Source: Escherichia phage phiWec187. From it: a DNA stretch of 64,000 nt. The stretch is from sequence record LC739536.1; one strand, written 5' to 3'. A program made the position numbers and the translations under genes. Below, one piece after another: positions 1-8,798 of this stretch (its first letter is position 1; every line of letters starts with the position of its first letter). Under the pieces are notes generated by a model. That model worked only from the letters and a program-made list of their open reading frames with translations. It ran no database searches and was not told the DNA's origin.

Positions 1-20
1 TTTTTTTAAGGAGTAAAACC

Positions 21-116
21 ATGCCCTATTTACATTTATTTTTCGGTATCTTATTGACAGGATCTTTTTTCTTCTGTATGCTTGTTTCTATTGTAAACCA
101 CGTTTTAAGACATTAA
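21..116 (+). CDS. small hydrophobic peptide (31 aa)
   Basis: ATG at 21 with AGGAG RBS upstream; hydrophobic ORF MPYLHLFFGILLTGSFFFCMLVSIVNHVLRH; below track size cutoff. Confidence 0.3.
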   Translation: MPYLHLFFGILLTGSFFFCMLVSIVNHVLRH

Positions 117-125
117 GGAAACAGC

Positions 126-245
126 ATGAAAATTATTCCCGTACAATATAGCGTAATAAATCCAGCATATGAGGAAGGAAGGAAAACAAGCATGGTTTTA
201 TGCTGTATTGCTACTATAGCCATGTTGTTATATATTGTGTTTTAA
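126..245 (+). CDS. small membrane peptide (39 aa)
   Basis: ATG at 126 with AAGGAA RBS; hydrophobic C-terminus MVLCCIATIAMLLYIVF. Confidence 0.3.
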   Translation: MKIIPVQYSVINPAYEEGRKTSMVLCCIATIAMLLYIVF

Positions 246-274
246 TAGGTTTTATAGTTGTACGCTTTAAAGGC

Positions 275-326
275 TTGACAATTTTTTGTTATGCTTTAAA
301 CTATATCTTGAAAACGGCAAAGGCCG
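275..326 (+). promoter_or_regulatory. sigma70-like promoter plus leader stem-loop
   Basis: -35 TTGACA 275-280, candidate -10 TAAACT 297-302; hairpin CGGC-AAAG-GCCG 315-326 before RBS. Confidence 0.4.
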
Positions 327-345
327 CAAACAAAAGGGTAAAATT

Positions 346-669
346 ATGAAATCTGTGATCGGTGTTTATTTGGATAACTCTGATTTTTTCTATCATCGCG
401 CTCGTTTCCTTGATGCGATTGAAATGATAGAATCAGGCTTTAAAGAGTATCGCCTTGCACATGATGACCTGGAAGCACTACAGGGCAATAGTGTTTTTAC
501 ATTGCAAGCGAAAGCACTATGCAAAAGCCGGATCGACATTGCGAGCAAAAATATAGAACGCGGCATGTCCTGGTTGCGCACCGCAGAAATCAACATGGGG
601 CAATGGTACGGCAAAAACTTAGAAAATAAACATACTTTTGTCAATGTAGAAAATATTGAAGATTATTGA
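346..669 (+). CDS. hypothetical protein
   Basis: track ORF 286-669 trimmed to in-frame Met21 (ATG 346) downstream of promoter and hairpin. Confidence 0.5.
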   Translation: MKSVIGVYLDNSDFFYHRARFLDAIEMIESGFKEYRLAHDDLEALQGNSVFTLQAKALCKSRIDIASKNIERGMSWLRTAEINMGQWYGKNLENKHTFVNVENIEDY

Positions 670-732
670 TTGACAGCACACCTGACAGATAGTATATTGT
701 ATCTCATAGAGCGGGGAAATGGTTTCCCGCTC
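670..732 (+). promoter_or_regulatory. sigma70-like promoter plus leader stem-loop
   Basis: -35 TTGACA 670-675, 17 bp spacer, -10 TATATT 693-698; hairpin GAGCGGGG-AAATGGTT-TCCCGCTC 709-732. Confidence 0.6.
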
Positions 733-751
733 ACAACAGAAGAGATAAGAT

Positions 752-1036
752 ATGAAAATCACAAAAGCACTTTCCAACTATGCAGCACGTCGCGGCTTAT
801 GCTTAACCGTTGAAAACTTAGGGAAAGAAGATTTTTTGTGCTTTTGGGAGCTTGAGAATGATAATGAGTGGATCTTCTCTTATTCTATCTGCGAAGATCA
901 AAACGGTTGTTTATTAACCTGGCGCGGTAATATCTATCTACCGGAAGAAATCAAAGAAGAATTGCCAGGCACGATCATGACTGAGAAACAGCTTAAGGAA
1001 GTGATTAATTTTGTAGGGCAAAACATTAAAAAATAA
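752..1036 (+). CDS. hypothetical protein
   Basis: track ORF; ATG 752 after AGAAGAGA RBS-like stretch and leader hairpin. Confidence 0.55.
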   Translation: MKITKALSNYAARRGLCLTVENLGKEDFLCFWELENDNEWIFSYSICEDQNGCLLTWRGNIYLPEEIKEELPGTIMTEKQLKEVINFVGQNIKK

Positions 1037-1037
1037 T

Positions 1038-1096
1038 TTGACACTAGGCAAACAACGTAGTAAAGTTTATCACATAGGGCGGCAATAGTGCCGCTC
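1038..1096 (+). promoter_or_regulatory. sigma70-like promoter plus leader stem-loop
   Basis: -35 TTGACA 1038-1043, 17 bp spacer, -10 TAAAGT 1061-1066; hairpin GGGCGGCA-ATAG-TGCCGCTC 1077-1096. Confidence 0.6.
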
Positions 1097-1117
1097 ATAA
1101 CAGAAGAGAAACAAATC

Positions 1118-1288
1118 ATGATCCCAACTATGTTTTATGTATCGCGCAAAGGTCACAATATTTTTTGGTCTGAAGATTTAAATGAAGCCATGACGTTTGC
1201 CCGTGATCGTGTTGCTATTGGTGGCGTTAATATCACCGTAACCGATGAAAACGGCATTGAATACTATAACGGCGACGATGAAGAGTAA
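1118..1288 (+). CDS. hypothetical protein
   Basis: track ORF 1088-1288 trimmed to Met11 (ATG 1118) downstream of hairpin. Confidence 0.5.
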   Translation: MIPTMFYVSRKGHNIFWSEDLNEAMTFARDRVAIGGVNITVTDENGIEYYNGDDEE

Positions 1289-1296
1289 TTAATGAG

Positions 1297-1317
1297 GCGG
1301 GGGAGTATTCCCCGCCG
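1297..1317 (+). promoter_or_regulatory. intercistronic GC-rich stem-loop
   Basis: GGCGGGGG-AGTATT-CCCCGCC between stop at 1288 and RBS of next gene; no T-run so not a terminator. Confidence 0.4.
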
Positions 1318-1335
1318 TCAATAAAGAGGTAAATC

Positions 1336-1605
1336 ATGAAAATATCATTGGACGTTGCAATCAAGGCCATCGAATCCGGTTACACCCTGGTAAAAGATGA
1401 TAAGGCTAAAATAGTGCATCTTGTTAACAAGGAAACAGGCGAAAGCATGATCACATATAAAGCCGCCTACTTTCTCCAATCAGTAGCAGATCCGCGCGTA
1501 CAACGCCAGGTTACAGCGGCTATTGCTAAAAAATTATGTGCTTTACAGGGCACAAGTTTTAACGAGATCGCCCCGTGTTTTGACTGGTCGAGCTTGAAAA
1601 AATAG
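1336..1605 (+). CDS. hypothetical protein
   Basis: track ORF; RBS AAGAGG 8 nt before ATG. Confidence 0.55.
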   Translation: MKISLDVAIKAIESGYTLVKDDKAKIVHLVNKETGESMITYKAAYFLQSVADPRVQRQVTAAIAKKLCALQGTSFNEIAPCFDWSSLKK

Positions 1606-1606
1606 T

Positions 1607-1668
1607 TTGACAATACGCGGTTATCTGGTAAAGTGTACTACATAGGGCGGGGCAATAAGGCAACGCCC
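1607..1668 (+). promoter_or_regulatory. sigma70-like promoter plus leader stem-loop
   Basis: -35 TTGACA 1607-1612, 16 bp spacer, -10 TAAAGT 1629-1634; hairpin GGGCGGGG...CAACGCCC 1645-1668. Confidence 0.6.
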
Positions 1669-1686
1669 ATTAATGAGGGTAGAATC

Positions 1687-1791
1687 ATGTTAGAGAAAAT
1701 TTTTACGGTTGTAGTAGTTGGCCTGGCGTTATCGGTTGGATTGGTTGCAACTATGGCTAACATGATCCTATCTTCCCACGGTATCGGCTAA
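1687..1791 (+). CDS. small hydrophobic peptide (34 aa)
   Basis: ATG 1687 after GAGGGT RBS; ORF MLEKIFTVVVVGLALSVGLVATMANMILSSHGIG. Confidence 0.3.
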   Translation: MLEKIFTVVVVGLALSVGLVATMANMILSSHGIG

Positions 1792-1805
1792 AAGAGAAAC
1801 ACAAC

Positions 1806-2192
1806 ATGAAAACAGAAATCATTATTGAAATCATCAACGGTTATAAAGAAGCCTTTATTTTTGCCGAACCAGCGACGGATCACAATGGGGAATATATTGA
1901 GAATCTAGACGATTATGATTTTTCTCCTAGCGCCCTGAAACGTATTACCAGCGATGTGACCGCCTTTTGTAGTGCCAATGTTGCCGCTATCTCTGAGGCA
2001 ATGAGCGACGGCGCTACAGCAAACCAGATCGGGAATGATTTACATTTTACCCGTAACGGTCACGGCGTAGGTTTTTGGGATCGCCCTGAAATATACACTA
2101 CTAACACCGCCAACCGTTTAACTGATGCAGCTAAATTAATGCCATTGGTGCATGCTTACATTGGTGAAGATAATTTGATTTATATTGAATAA
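1806..2192 (+). CDS. hypothetical protein
   Basis: track ORF; AAGAGAAA RBS-like region before ATG. Confidence 0.55.
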   Translation: MKTEIIIEIINGYKEAFIFAEPATDHNGEYIENLDDYDFSPSALKRITSDVTAFCSANVAAISEAMSDGATANQIGNDLHFTRNGHGVGFWDRPEIYTTNTANRLTDAAKLMPLVHAYIGEDNLIYIE

Positions 2193-2198
2193 AAAGTA

Positions 2199-2257
2199 TT
2201 GACACCGATCCCCAATATGTTACTATTTACCACGTAGGCGGGAAATGGTTTCCCGCC
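2199..2257 (+). promoter_or_regulatory. sigma70-like promoter plus leader stem-loop
   Basis: -35 TTGACA 2199-2204, 16 bp spacer, -10 TACTAT 2221-2226; hairpin GGCGGG-AAATGGTTT-CCCGCC 2237-2257. Confidence 0.6.
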
Positions 2258-2280
2258 AGGTAATCAAAAAGGTAAATACT

Positions 2281-2670
2281 ATGCGCAACCTGGTTTCTGT
2301 TTCTAACGTTGAAAAATTCCAATCTTTACAGGGTATCGTTAACAACGTAGCGCCTTTTTTAGTAAACGGCTTGATTGCAAAGATGAAAAATAAACATCAT
2401 GCGGCATGGTCTGCTTACTGCTTTGATAATGATGAAAAAGCGGCTGAAATGATGTTAAATATGCTGTTAGACAGTGTAGAATCATCTTTACCGGAAAACA
2501 TCGCAGAAGAGATCACCTATCGTTATAATATGGCGATCACTTATCAGGAGGTTGCACAATTCAACATGATGGATGATGACGAACAACAGGATCAAGAAAT
2601 GTTTTGGGAGTATGCAGATCGTCAATCGGCTTTTGATGAAAAGTTAGCGATGTATTATAACGAATATTAA
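2281..2670 (+). CDS. hypothetical protein
   Basis: track ORF 2245-2670 trimmed to Met13 (ATG 2281), RBS AAAGGT upstream. Confidence 0.5.
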   Translation: MRNLVSVSNVEKFQSLQGIVNNVAPFLVNGLIAKMKNKHHAAWSAYCFDNDEKAAEMMLNMLLDSVESSLPENIAEEITYRYNMAITYQEVAQFNMMDDDEQQDQEMFWEYADRQSAFDEKLAMYYNEY

Positions 2671-2686
2671 TACACGGTAGAAGAAA

Positions 2687-2711
2687 GGGGCGCACTAAGC
2701 GCCCTTTTTTG
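2687..2711 (+). terminator. rho-independent terminator
   Basis: GGGGCGC-ACTAA-GCGCCC hairpin followed by TTTTTTG. Confidence 0.7.
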
Positions 2712-3397
2712 TATTCTTTTTTCACGATGGAAACAACACGTAAAGAATAGGCGTAAAGGTGGCGTAAAACAGCCTAAAACCGATTATAACCGCTTAAACA
2801 AGGTATTAATGACTAATCACCTTGCCAGGATGAAAAAGCTGTTATAAAGCTGTTTAGAGCGTTTAGAGCACATAGGAAATAATTTGCTTTTTATCTTGCC
2901 TTTTATCCTGCTTTTGATTATTATTATGGAACGGGCGGCACCTGGGGACAGGGGAAGATAATCACCGGAAGATCCCGCTATATATTGATAGCTTCCACCT
3001 ATCAAAAACGTTCACCGAAAAAAGTGAATAGATCGCGGTATCGAGCTAATCAAGGAGCAGATGAATAACCATACCATGAAGATCATAAGGCGTTTACAAC
3101 GTGTTTTAGACCGCTTGTTTTTAATTTCTTCATGCAACTATCTGGCAAAAACAGCCTTTTTCTTGTCTTTCCTCTTAAATAATAATCATTCTCATTTATA
3201 GCTGATTATTTATGCAATAAACTGAATAATGTAATAATGATAATCATTCTTAACTTAAGACCATCTAACTTATAAAATAATAAGTTATCTAACTAAATTA
3301 AAACTAATTATCTTACTTTTATTTATAACATACTGTTACTATCTTATTGATAACCTTATATTAAACAACAATAAGCAATGTAAATCATTACTAAGCT

Positions 3398-3441
3398 AAC
3401 TATAATCTATCTAACCCTTAAAACTATAACTATAATCTATC
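3398..3441. repeat. direct repeat AACTATAATCTATC x2
   Basis: identical 14-mer at 3398-3411 and 3428-3441 in ORF-free AT-rich region. Confidence 0.7.
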
Positions 3442-3528
3442 GAATTGTTGCACAAAGTAACTATTAAATTGTTAGTAACATTGCTAAATAATTAATATCC
3501 TATCTATTTATGATCTAATCTTTACCTT

Positions 3529-3552
3529 CCTATTTATTACCTATTTATTACC
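3529..3552. repeat. tandem repeat CTATTTATTAC x2
   Basis: CCTATTTATTACCTATTTATTACC read directly. Confidence 0.7.
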
Positions 3553-3565
3553 TAACTAATCATTT

Positions 3566-3591
3566 CATACAGTAATCATTGCATACAGTAA
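3566..3591. repeat. direct repeat CATACAGTAA x2
   Basis: TCATACAGTAATCATTGCATACAGTAACT. Confidence 0.6.
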
Positions 3592-3640
3592 CTATAACAA
3601 GAAATATAATTCGCAAGCGTATCATTAGCAGCCTATGCCG

Positions 3641-3799
3641 GACACATAGGCGGCTAATAATAACGCAACTACACACCCCACATAATAACCATCACCGATA
3701 GTTATTATTTGTGTTTATGTAGCTTGCAACAATTGCAAGCGCAACAATATACATGGTATATTGTATCCCTTACATTGTTGCGGTGCGTTATTATTAGCT
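3641..3799. repeat. nested inverted repeats / palindromic region
   Basis: GCCTATG..CATAGGC; GCTTGCAA-CAA-TTGCAAGC; outer arms ATAATAACGCA (3661-3672) and TGCGTTATTAT (3786-3799). Confidence 0.6.
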
Positions 3800-4017
3800 A
3801 ATGTTTAGAACATTGGCTATAATATAAGCTAAGTAATAAGCTATGCAATAATAAACATGGCGAATAATGACACTGATGATCATAATGCGCCACCCTCCAG
3901 GGGGCGCTATGTGAACACAAAGAAATCTTTCTTGTCAAGAAAAATATCATCATTATTGCGCAAAATTATTTACATCTGAATAGATGATTTTTCATACTAT
4001 TGCCCCCATATAACTTA

Positions 4018-4072
4018 CTATTTGTTGCAATGTATTCCCCTATTTGTTGGATAAAACTATCCCTATTTGTTG
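4018..4072. repeat. iteron-like repeats CTATTTGTTG x3
   Basis: copies at 4018, 4040 and 4063, spacing 22-23 bp (about two helical turns). Confidence 0.65.
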
Positions 4073-4143
4073 AGCCTACTTTCTTAAAAGCGTAATAAAT
4101 CAGAATTATCTTGATTTTTAGGGCGTTTTATAGTACAGAAAGT

Positions 4144-4352
4144 ATGCAAATGATAATCATTATCAGCTATCTTCCACGGGTGGCACTATTTCACGCAGGA
4201 TCATTTCATTTGGCAAGGTGTATATAGATGTTTAGACTTGCCAAGCCATTGATTTACTTAGAATTTATCTGTTTTGTTGTGAGTAGTACCTTTCTTGCTC
4301 AGAAAATAATCAAAAGTCTTATAAGTCATTGAATGATAATGCAAATGATAAT
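4144..4352. repeat. dispersed direct repeat ATGCAAATGATAAT
   Basis: 14-mer at 4144-4157 and 4339-4352, each beside an imperfect palindrome TGATAATCATTATCA. Confidence 0.6.
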
Positions 4353-4820
4353 TATTCTCATTGATATTTGAGGGGGACGGGCGGCAGAAATCGGGGGGCG
4401 CTGAAAATCGCGTTAAGCACCTCTCGCAAGCGAGCAGTATTTTGCGGCAAGTTATTGATATTATTGACTTTACGCTTATGAAAAGGGGGTGTGTCGAAAT
4501 AAATCGGGTATACCGGAAAATTTTTGTGGCATAGATATTTATTTGTCTATATTATGTACAAAGAGGTGTGTTAAAAATAATAGGTATATATAGAATAATT
4601 GATAGGGAAATCCTATACTAATCCCTATACTAATTCCTCCATTAATGATGTTCCTATGTTACTGTTCTTGTAATAGATGAAAAGATGCTATATGATGTGT
4701 GGCATGAAACGTAAATTTATAAGATGCAAATAATGCTTGCATTGAATAGAAATGCCTGTACACTGTGTTCCATAAGATATGCAATATCGCGCATAACAAA
4801 ACTACTAATGAGAGGTGTAA

Positions 4821-5138
4821 ATGAGAACCTTAGCTTTGTATATTGATCCTCACTCCATTCGAGAAATGCGAGATGTACAACAGGATTATGAATTCTACCC
4901 AGAAATTTGTGAACGCTATGAAACTATTCTTAGTTCTGTAGAAGATCCAGATACCAGTGAAACAGGTGTTTCCCACTTACTGTGGATGTTGAATGAAGTT
5001 CAGGATGGGTGTAATGGTATGTCTGAAACCAAACGCCATCGTTGGCTAGGCTATATTCAGGGTGTTATGGTTATGAAAAACCTTATTACAGTGGATGATG
5101 AACGTAACGCTACACGCCCCGTCTTTAATGGAGCATAA
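4821..5138 (+). CDS. hypothetical protein
   Basis: track ORF; GAGAGGTG RBS before ATG; first gene after the noncoding region. Confidence 0.55.
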   Translation: MRTLALYIDPHSIREMRDVQQDYEFYPEICERYETILSSVEDPDTSETGVSHLLWMLNEVQDGCNGMSETKRHRWLGYIQGVMVMKNLITVDDERNATRPVFNGA

Positions 5139-5139
5139 C

Positions 5140-5355
5140 ATGAAAAGCATTCAGGTGTGTATTGAAAATAATTGTGGTTATCTGGGATTGACACACGTTG
5201 CTTTCCCTCTTATATTAGATGCCGATATCGCTTACAGCGGAGTTGCTTATGTGTCATTCAAGACAATGAGCCAAGTACCTGGCTGGAAGTGGGAAGTAGT
5301 TGATGTTGTTGAAGGAGAAGACTATGTTTTCCTTCCACACGAATATACTGTTTAA
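5140..5355 (+). CDS. hypothetical protein
   Basis: track ORF 5095-5355 trimmed to Met16 (ATG 5140) directly after upstream stop; GGAG RBS. Confidence 0.5.
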   Translation: MKSIQVCIENNCGYLGLTHVAFPLILDADIAYSGVAYVSFKTMSQVPGWKWEVVDVVEGEDYVFLPHEYTV

Positions 5356-5369
5356 AAGAGGAAAAGAAG

Positions 5370-5540
5370 ATGAATAAAGAGACTACTGTGTACTTAGTAA
5401 CAAAGAATACCCCAGGCTGGAGCCAATGCAGCACTGTACCTTATAAAATCTGTGCAACACTAGCACAACGTGCAGAAGCAGAAGTGAATGCCATGCAATA
5501 CAGCTATGGTGAAATCATTCCTTTTACTCTTGAACAATAA
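5370..5540 (+). CDS. hypothetical small protein (56 aa)
   Basis: ATG 5370 with AAAGAGGAAAAG RBS; not in track because under 60 aa. Confidence 0.45.
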   Translation: MNKETTVYLVTKNTPGWSQCSTVPYKICATLAQRAEAEVNAMQYSYGEIIPFTLEQ

Positions 5541-5551
5541 GGAGTTGTGTA

Positions 5552-6004
5552 ATGTTTGAAATTGGTAAAGTGTATCGTTTTAAGAACCCATCTTATATCC
5601 GTAAGTTTGCTAACGTGTCTGAGTGCAATAGCAGGATTGCTTCTTTTTTAGGTGATTCCTATTTTCGTGTATTAGATGTGGATGATTGGTATGGTGTCAC
5701 TGCTTTGCAATCCTTAGCAGGAGAACAAGAAATTATCGCTCAAAATGAAGGAGACTTTCTTCAGTGTTACACGTTGCTTGCAAAAAGTGAGTTTGAATAC
5801 TTTGTAGAAGTATTAGAAGAAGCACCAAAAAGTAAGCATGAAGAGAAATACCTGCTTGTAGTGGATGGAGTTCCGATCATGGAAACCATCTCCCGTGAGG
5901 AAGTTGAAAAAGAGGCGAAACGTTACAAGCTGGATCGTACACAGAGTGTAGTTGAAGTCTATTCTCTTGTTGGTGTTGCAGATATTAGTGTGAACATCGT
6001 ATAA
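5552..6004 (+). CDS. hypothetical protein
   Basis: track ORF; AAGGAG RBS. Confidence 0.6.
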   Translation: MFEIGKVYRFKNPSYIRKFANVSECNSRIASFLGDSYFRVLDVDDWYGVTALQSLAGEQEIIAQNEGDFLQCYTLLAKSEFEYFVEVLEEAPKSKHEEKYLLVVDGVPIMETISREEVEKEAKRYKLDRTQSVVEVYSLVGVADISVNIV

Positions 6005-6007
6005 TAT

Positions 6008-6220
6008 ATGTGTAATGACAGATACATTCTTCGTGTATCTGATAAGTCTCCTATGTTTGACTGGCGGGGCTGGTGGCTACTAGCTCCGATGCAAGGTCTG
6101 ACAGACGTGGAAAAGGAGGCTTATGTGTATACAAAAGAAGAGATAGAAGATAGTCTTTATTTGACAGATAACATTAAGAATGGTATCTTTGAGTGTAAAT
6201 TGAAAGGAGAGGAAGAATGA
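6008..6220 (+). CDS. hypothetical protein
   Basis: track ORF; stop/start overlap with next gene. Confidence 0.5.
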   Translation: MCNDRYILRVSDKSPMFDWRGWWLLAPMQGLTDVEKEAYVYTKEEIEDSLYLTDNIKNGIFECKLKGEEE

Positions 6221-6516
6221 CTATTACAGAAAAACTGCGCTGTATTGCAAAGCAAAGTGGAGAAGGTTTATGGTTTCCTATTGAGGAAATTATTCAGGAC
6301 TGTTATGATCAGGCTAAGACTGGCAAATACTCCAAAGCATTTAAACCGTCTGTTTTCGGTTTGGATGATTATCCAAAAAATGAACAAGCAAAGAAACGAC
6401 AAGTTGATTTGATTGATCTTGCTATGGAAGCACTACGAGAGCATGGGCTTAGTAAGGTGTATGCTTTAAACACCAAAGAGGGCTTTGTAGATTCAGTGAT
6501 CGTAGACTGGTATTAA
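6217..6516 (+). CDS. hypothetical protein
   Basis: track ORF; ATGA overlap with upstream gene. Confidence 0.55.
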   Translation: MTITEKLRCIAKQSGEGLWFPIEEIIQDCYDQAKTGKYSKAFKPSVFGLDDYPKNEQAKKRQVDLIDLAMEALREHGLSKVYALNTKEGFVDSVIVDWY

Positions 6517-6525
6517 GGAGAAGTC

Positions 6526-6894
6526 ATGCAAGAGAATAGTAAAGTGTGTAGCATGAAAAGCAGCCCTTATTTGCTACAATTTTATGAGTGGTGGTTAGAA
6601 CAAGAAGATACAAACTTTAGCAAAAAGCATTATGGTCTTTGCACGTGTCTTGTAGACTTCTTGTACAATATTGCTTGGATAAAAGATGTTGAGAATGTAT
6701 CAAAGCTCCAATCCTCTGTACGAGAGGAAATGAAGGAACAATTTAAGAAAGCGGGTTTGAACCATTTACATCCGTTTAATACGGATTTCTCGCACTACTT
6801 TACGGAAACAGAACTAGGCATTGCACACCTTAATAAAGAACGTGTACAATGGGTGATTGATCGTATTCGTGATATGGAGGAATACAATGGTTAA
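6526..6894 (+). CDS. hypothetical protein, paralog family A
   Basis: shares LLQFY, LxHLHPFN and HLNKERVxWV blocks with ORF 7518-8102. Confidence 0.55.
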   Translation: MQENSKVCSMKSSPYLLQFYEWWLEQEDTNFSKKHYGLCTCLVDFLYNIAWIKDVENVSKLQSSVREEMKEQFKKAGLNHLHPFNTDFSHYFTETELGIAHLNKERVQWVIDRIRDMEEYNG

Positions 6895-7105
6895 GTTTAA
6901 AACTTTCTGTGCAATCACTGTTTGTCTTATTCTTGCATACGTGTTATTCTCTAGTATCATTCGTTTAGGTGAGTATATGGCAAGAGAAGCTCGTGAAAGT
7001 GAAGCTAAAAAAGAACAGTGTATTGTGTTCAAGCATCAAAGAGATGCTGAAAAGTTTCTCGCACTTGATTGCAATCGCTATGTATCTTATCAAATGTATG
7101 AGTAA
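6887..7105 (+). CDS. small membrane protein, paralog family B
   Basis: track ORF trimmed to Met11 (GGAGGA RBS); N-terminal TM helix; C-terminal ExCIxxKHxxxAExFL block shared with ORF 11599-11823. Confidence 0.5.
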   Translation: MVKFKTFCAITVCLILAYVLFSSIIRLGEYMAREARESEAKKEQCIVFKHQRDAEKFLALDCNRYVSYQMYE

Positions 7106-7114
7106 GGAGGATTT

Positions 7115-7339
7115 ATGGTAAAACGTCTGGAATGGGATGCGTGTACTGCTCACGCTTGTCACTGCGATATTGTTGAAGATCCTAATGGAGAAATGGTGTA
7201 TTATGAAGATTACGAAGCATTGCACAATGCTGTGATTGCTTTGCTGGATGATATTAGCTCACGCTATCCAGGACAACAGTTTACGTGTCCACATATTCAA
7301 CTGTTAGCCAAACTTACGGAGTATCCAAGTGTTCCATAA
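7115..7339 (+). CDS. hypothetical Cys-rich protein, paralog family C
   Basis: CDIVxDPxGExV...DY block shared with ORF 12475-12747; AAGGAGGA RBS. Confidence 0.55.
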   Translation: MVKRLEWDACTAHACHCDIVEDPNGEMVYYEDYEALHNAVIALLDDISSRYPGQQFTCPHIQLLAKLTEYPSVP

Positions 7340-7340
7340 T

Positions 7341-7508
7341 ATGGGTGTCCCTGAACAACTCCTCTTTATTGTAGGACTAGTAGGCTTATTGGCGGCTGGC
7401 GCTAAAGCCGCTTCTCACACGCATCACATAATGTTAAGATTTCTATTCCTACTCCCTTCTATCCTCGTATTATTAGTCATACTGATCGACAACATTTTTC
7501 ACAATTAA
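7341..7508 (+). CDS. small membrane protein (55 aa)
   Basis: ATG 7341 right after upstream stop; two hydrophobic segments; no clear RBS. Confidence 0.3.
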   Translation: MGVPEQLLFIVGLVGLLAAGAKAASHTHHIMLRFLFLLPSILVLLVILIDNIFHN

Positions 7509-7517
7509 GGAGAGGTC

Positions 7518-8102
7518 ATGAGTAAAATTATACCAAGCAGTTATGAATTATTGCAGTTTTATGTATATTATATAGACTGGGTTACTAGATCGAATGTTAA
7601 AGACAATGCGATGTTTAGTAAAAGCATCTGTTTAACAGAAAGTATCTTCCGTTACTGGCACACAGGTAGAAAGTGTACACACAGTGAAGCTATGCGCATT
7701 GTAGGTGAATACCTGGAGCAATTGCAAAAAGCAGAGTTACCTGTCCTTCACCCATTCAATGAATCTAAAGAAGAATTAGAACAAGAATGTAAGGAAGGTA
7801 AGTGCCATTTGAATGAAAAACGTATCGAATGGGTAAGGCAACGTTTAGCCGATGCAGGAAAGCCTCCTAGTGACTCTGACTATACGTGGTATGATGTAGA
7901 GGGTTTAGTTCAAGGTTTTGAGGCTTGTGCTATAGATAATACCAACTTTGCCAAAGTTTTATGCGAGGCTTATGACCTGGCAGATAAAATCCGAAATCAT
8001 GGATGGAAACAAGAGCATAAAGAATCATATGAACGCCTTGACAAGATTTTCAAACAGATCTATTCTAACCACAAGAAGATGTTCCAAATGGAGGATGTGT
8101 AA
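7518..8102 (+). CDS. hypothetical protein, paralog family A
   Basis: AAGGAGAGG RBS; conserved blocks with ORF 6526-6894. Confidence 0.55.
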   Translation: MSKIIPSSYELLQFYVYYIDWVTRSNVKDNAMFSKSICLTESIFRYWHTGRKCTHSEAMRIVGEYLEQLQKAELPVLHPFNESKEELEQECKEGKCHLNEKRIEWVRQRLADAGKPPSDSDYTWYDVEGLVQGFEACAIDNTNFAKVLCEAYDLADKIRNHGWKQEHKESYERLDKIFKQIYSNHKKMFQMEDV

Positions 8103-8788
8103 TGAAAGAGATTATGTTTGAAGGGCATCGTTACGAAGTTCCAGACAATGCAAATTTCATGGCTCGTGATATCACTGGAGATGTGTTCTGGTTTGAAGAT
8201 GAACCTGTGTTTTCTTCGAACAAACACTGGTTTTCACAACAATCTTCTTCGGAAAATATGACTTTTGGCTACGTAGAGCCTAAAGTGCGCTGCAAAGCAG
8301 CTTCTTCTTTGGTAAAAATTTCCCAAGATGATCAAGAAAATACTCCAGATGTTGTTAGTGCACTACTGAAGTACATTGCAGAACTTGAGAAGAAAATTAA
8401 AGAAGCAGAAACTAAGGTGAAAGCACGATCAGCAATCATCGAAGCTATGTCTGAACGTATTTTAGAACTAGAAGATTTGTGTGGAGAGGCTTATCAAGTG
8501 GTCGGTGCACTGGCTTATGAAGCACAAATGTTTGAAACTTCAGAACAAGTTTCACATATGTTAGATAATTTAAGTGAATGTAAAATGATTCATGATGATG
8601 TATTGCCATTTTGTTGCAATGTTAACAAAACAGAGCAAACAGAAGATTCAGAAACAGTTTATGTTCCGCTGATGTGTGTTCCAGATCATCTAAAAGGTGT
8701 ATTCTCTTGTAAATGGTCACTGTTGAGCGTTACTAATTGTGGTGAAAACTATTCTGCCAACATTGAATTGCTAAAACACGTTAAATAA
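8102..8788 (+). CDS. hypothetical protein
   Basis: track ORF; start overlaps upstream stop; coiled-coil-like middle segment. Confidence 0.55.
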   Translation: MKEIMFEGHRYEVPDNANFMARDITGDVFWFEDEPVFSSNKHWFSQQSSSENMTFGYVEPKVRCKAASSLVKISQDDQENTPDVVSALLKYIAELEKKIKEAETKVKARSAIIEAMSERILELEDLCGEAYQVVGALAYEAQMFETSEQVSHMLDNLSECKMIHDDVLPFCCNVNKTEQTEDSETVYVPLMCVPDHLKGVFSCKWSLLSVTNCGENYSANIELLKHVK

Positions 8789-8798
8789 GGAGAGTAAT

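Noticed and set aside
393-644. Minus-strand 83-aa ORF
   Set aside because: Lies entirely antisense within the better-supported plus-strand gene 346-669 and has no RBS; likely spurious.
2817-3005. Minus-strand 62-aa ORF in the noncoding region
   Set aside because: No RBS, low-complexity sequence, embedded in the repeat-rich AT region; likely spurious.
3398-4352. Possible CRISPR array suggested by the short direct repeats
   Set aside because: Repeats belong to several unrelated families, are only 10-14 bp, lack the regular repeat-spacer periodicity of CRISPR and there are no cas genes; called iteron or origin-like repeats instead.
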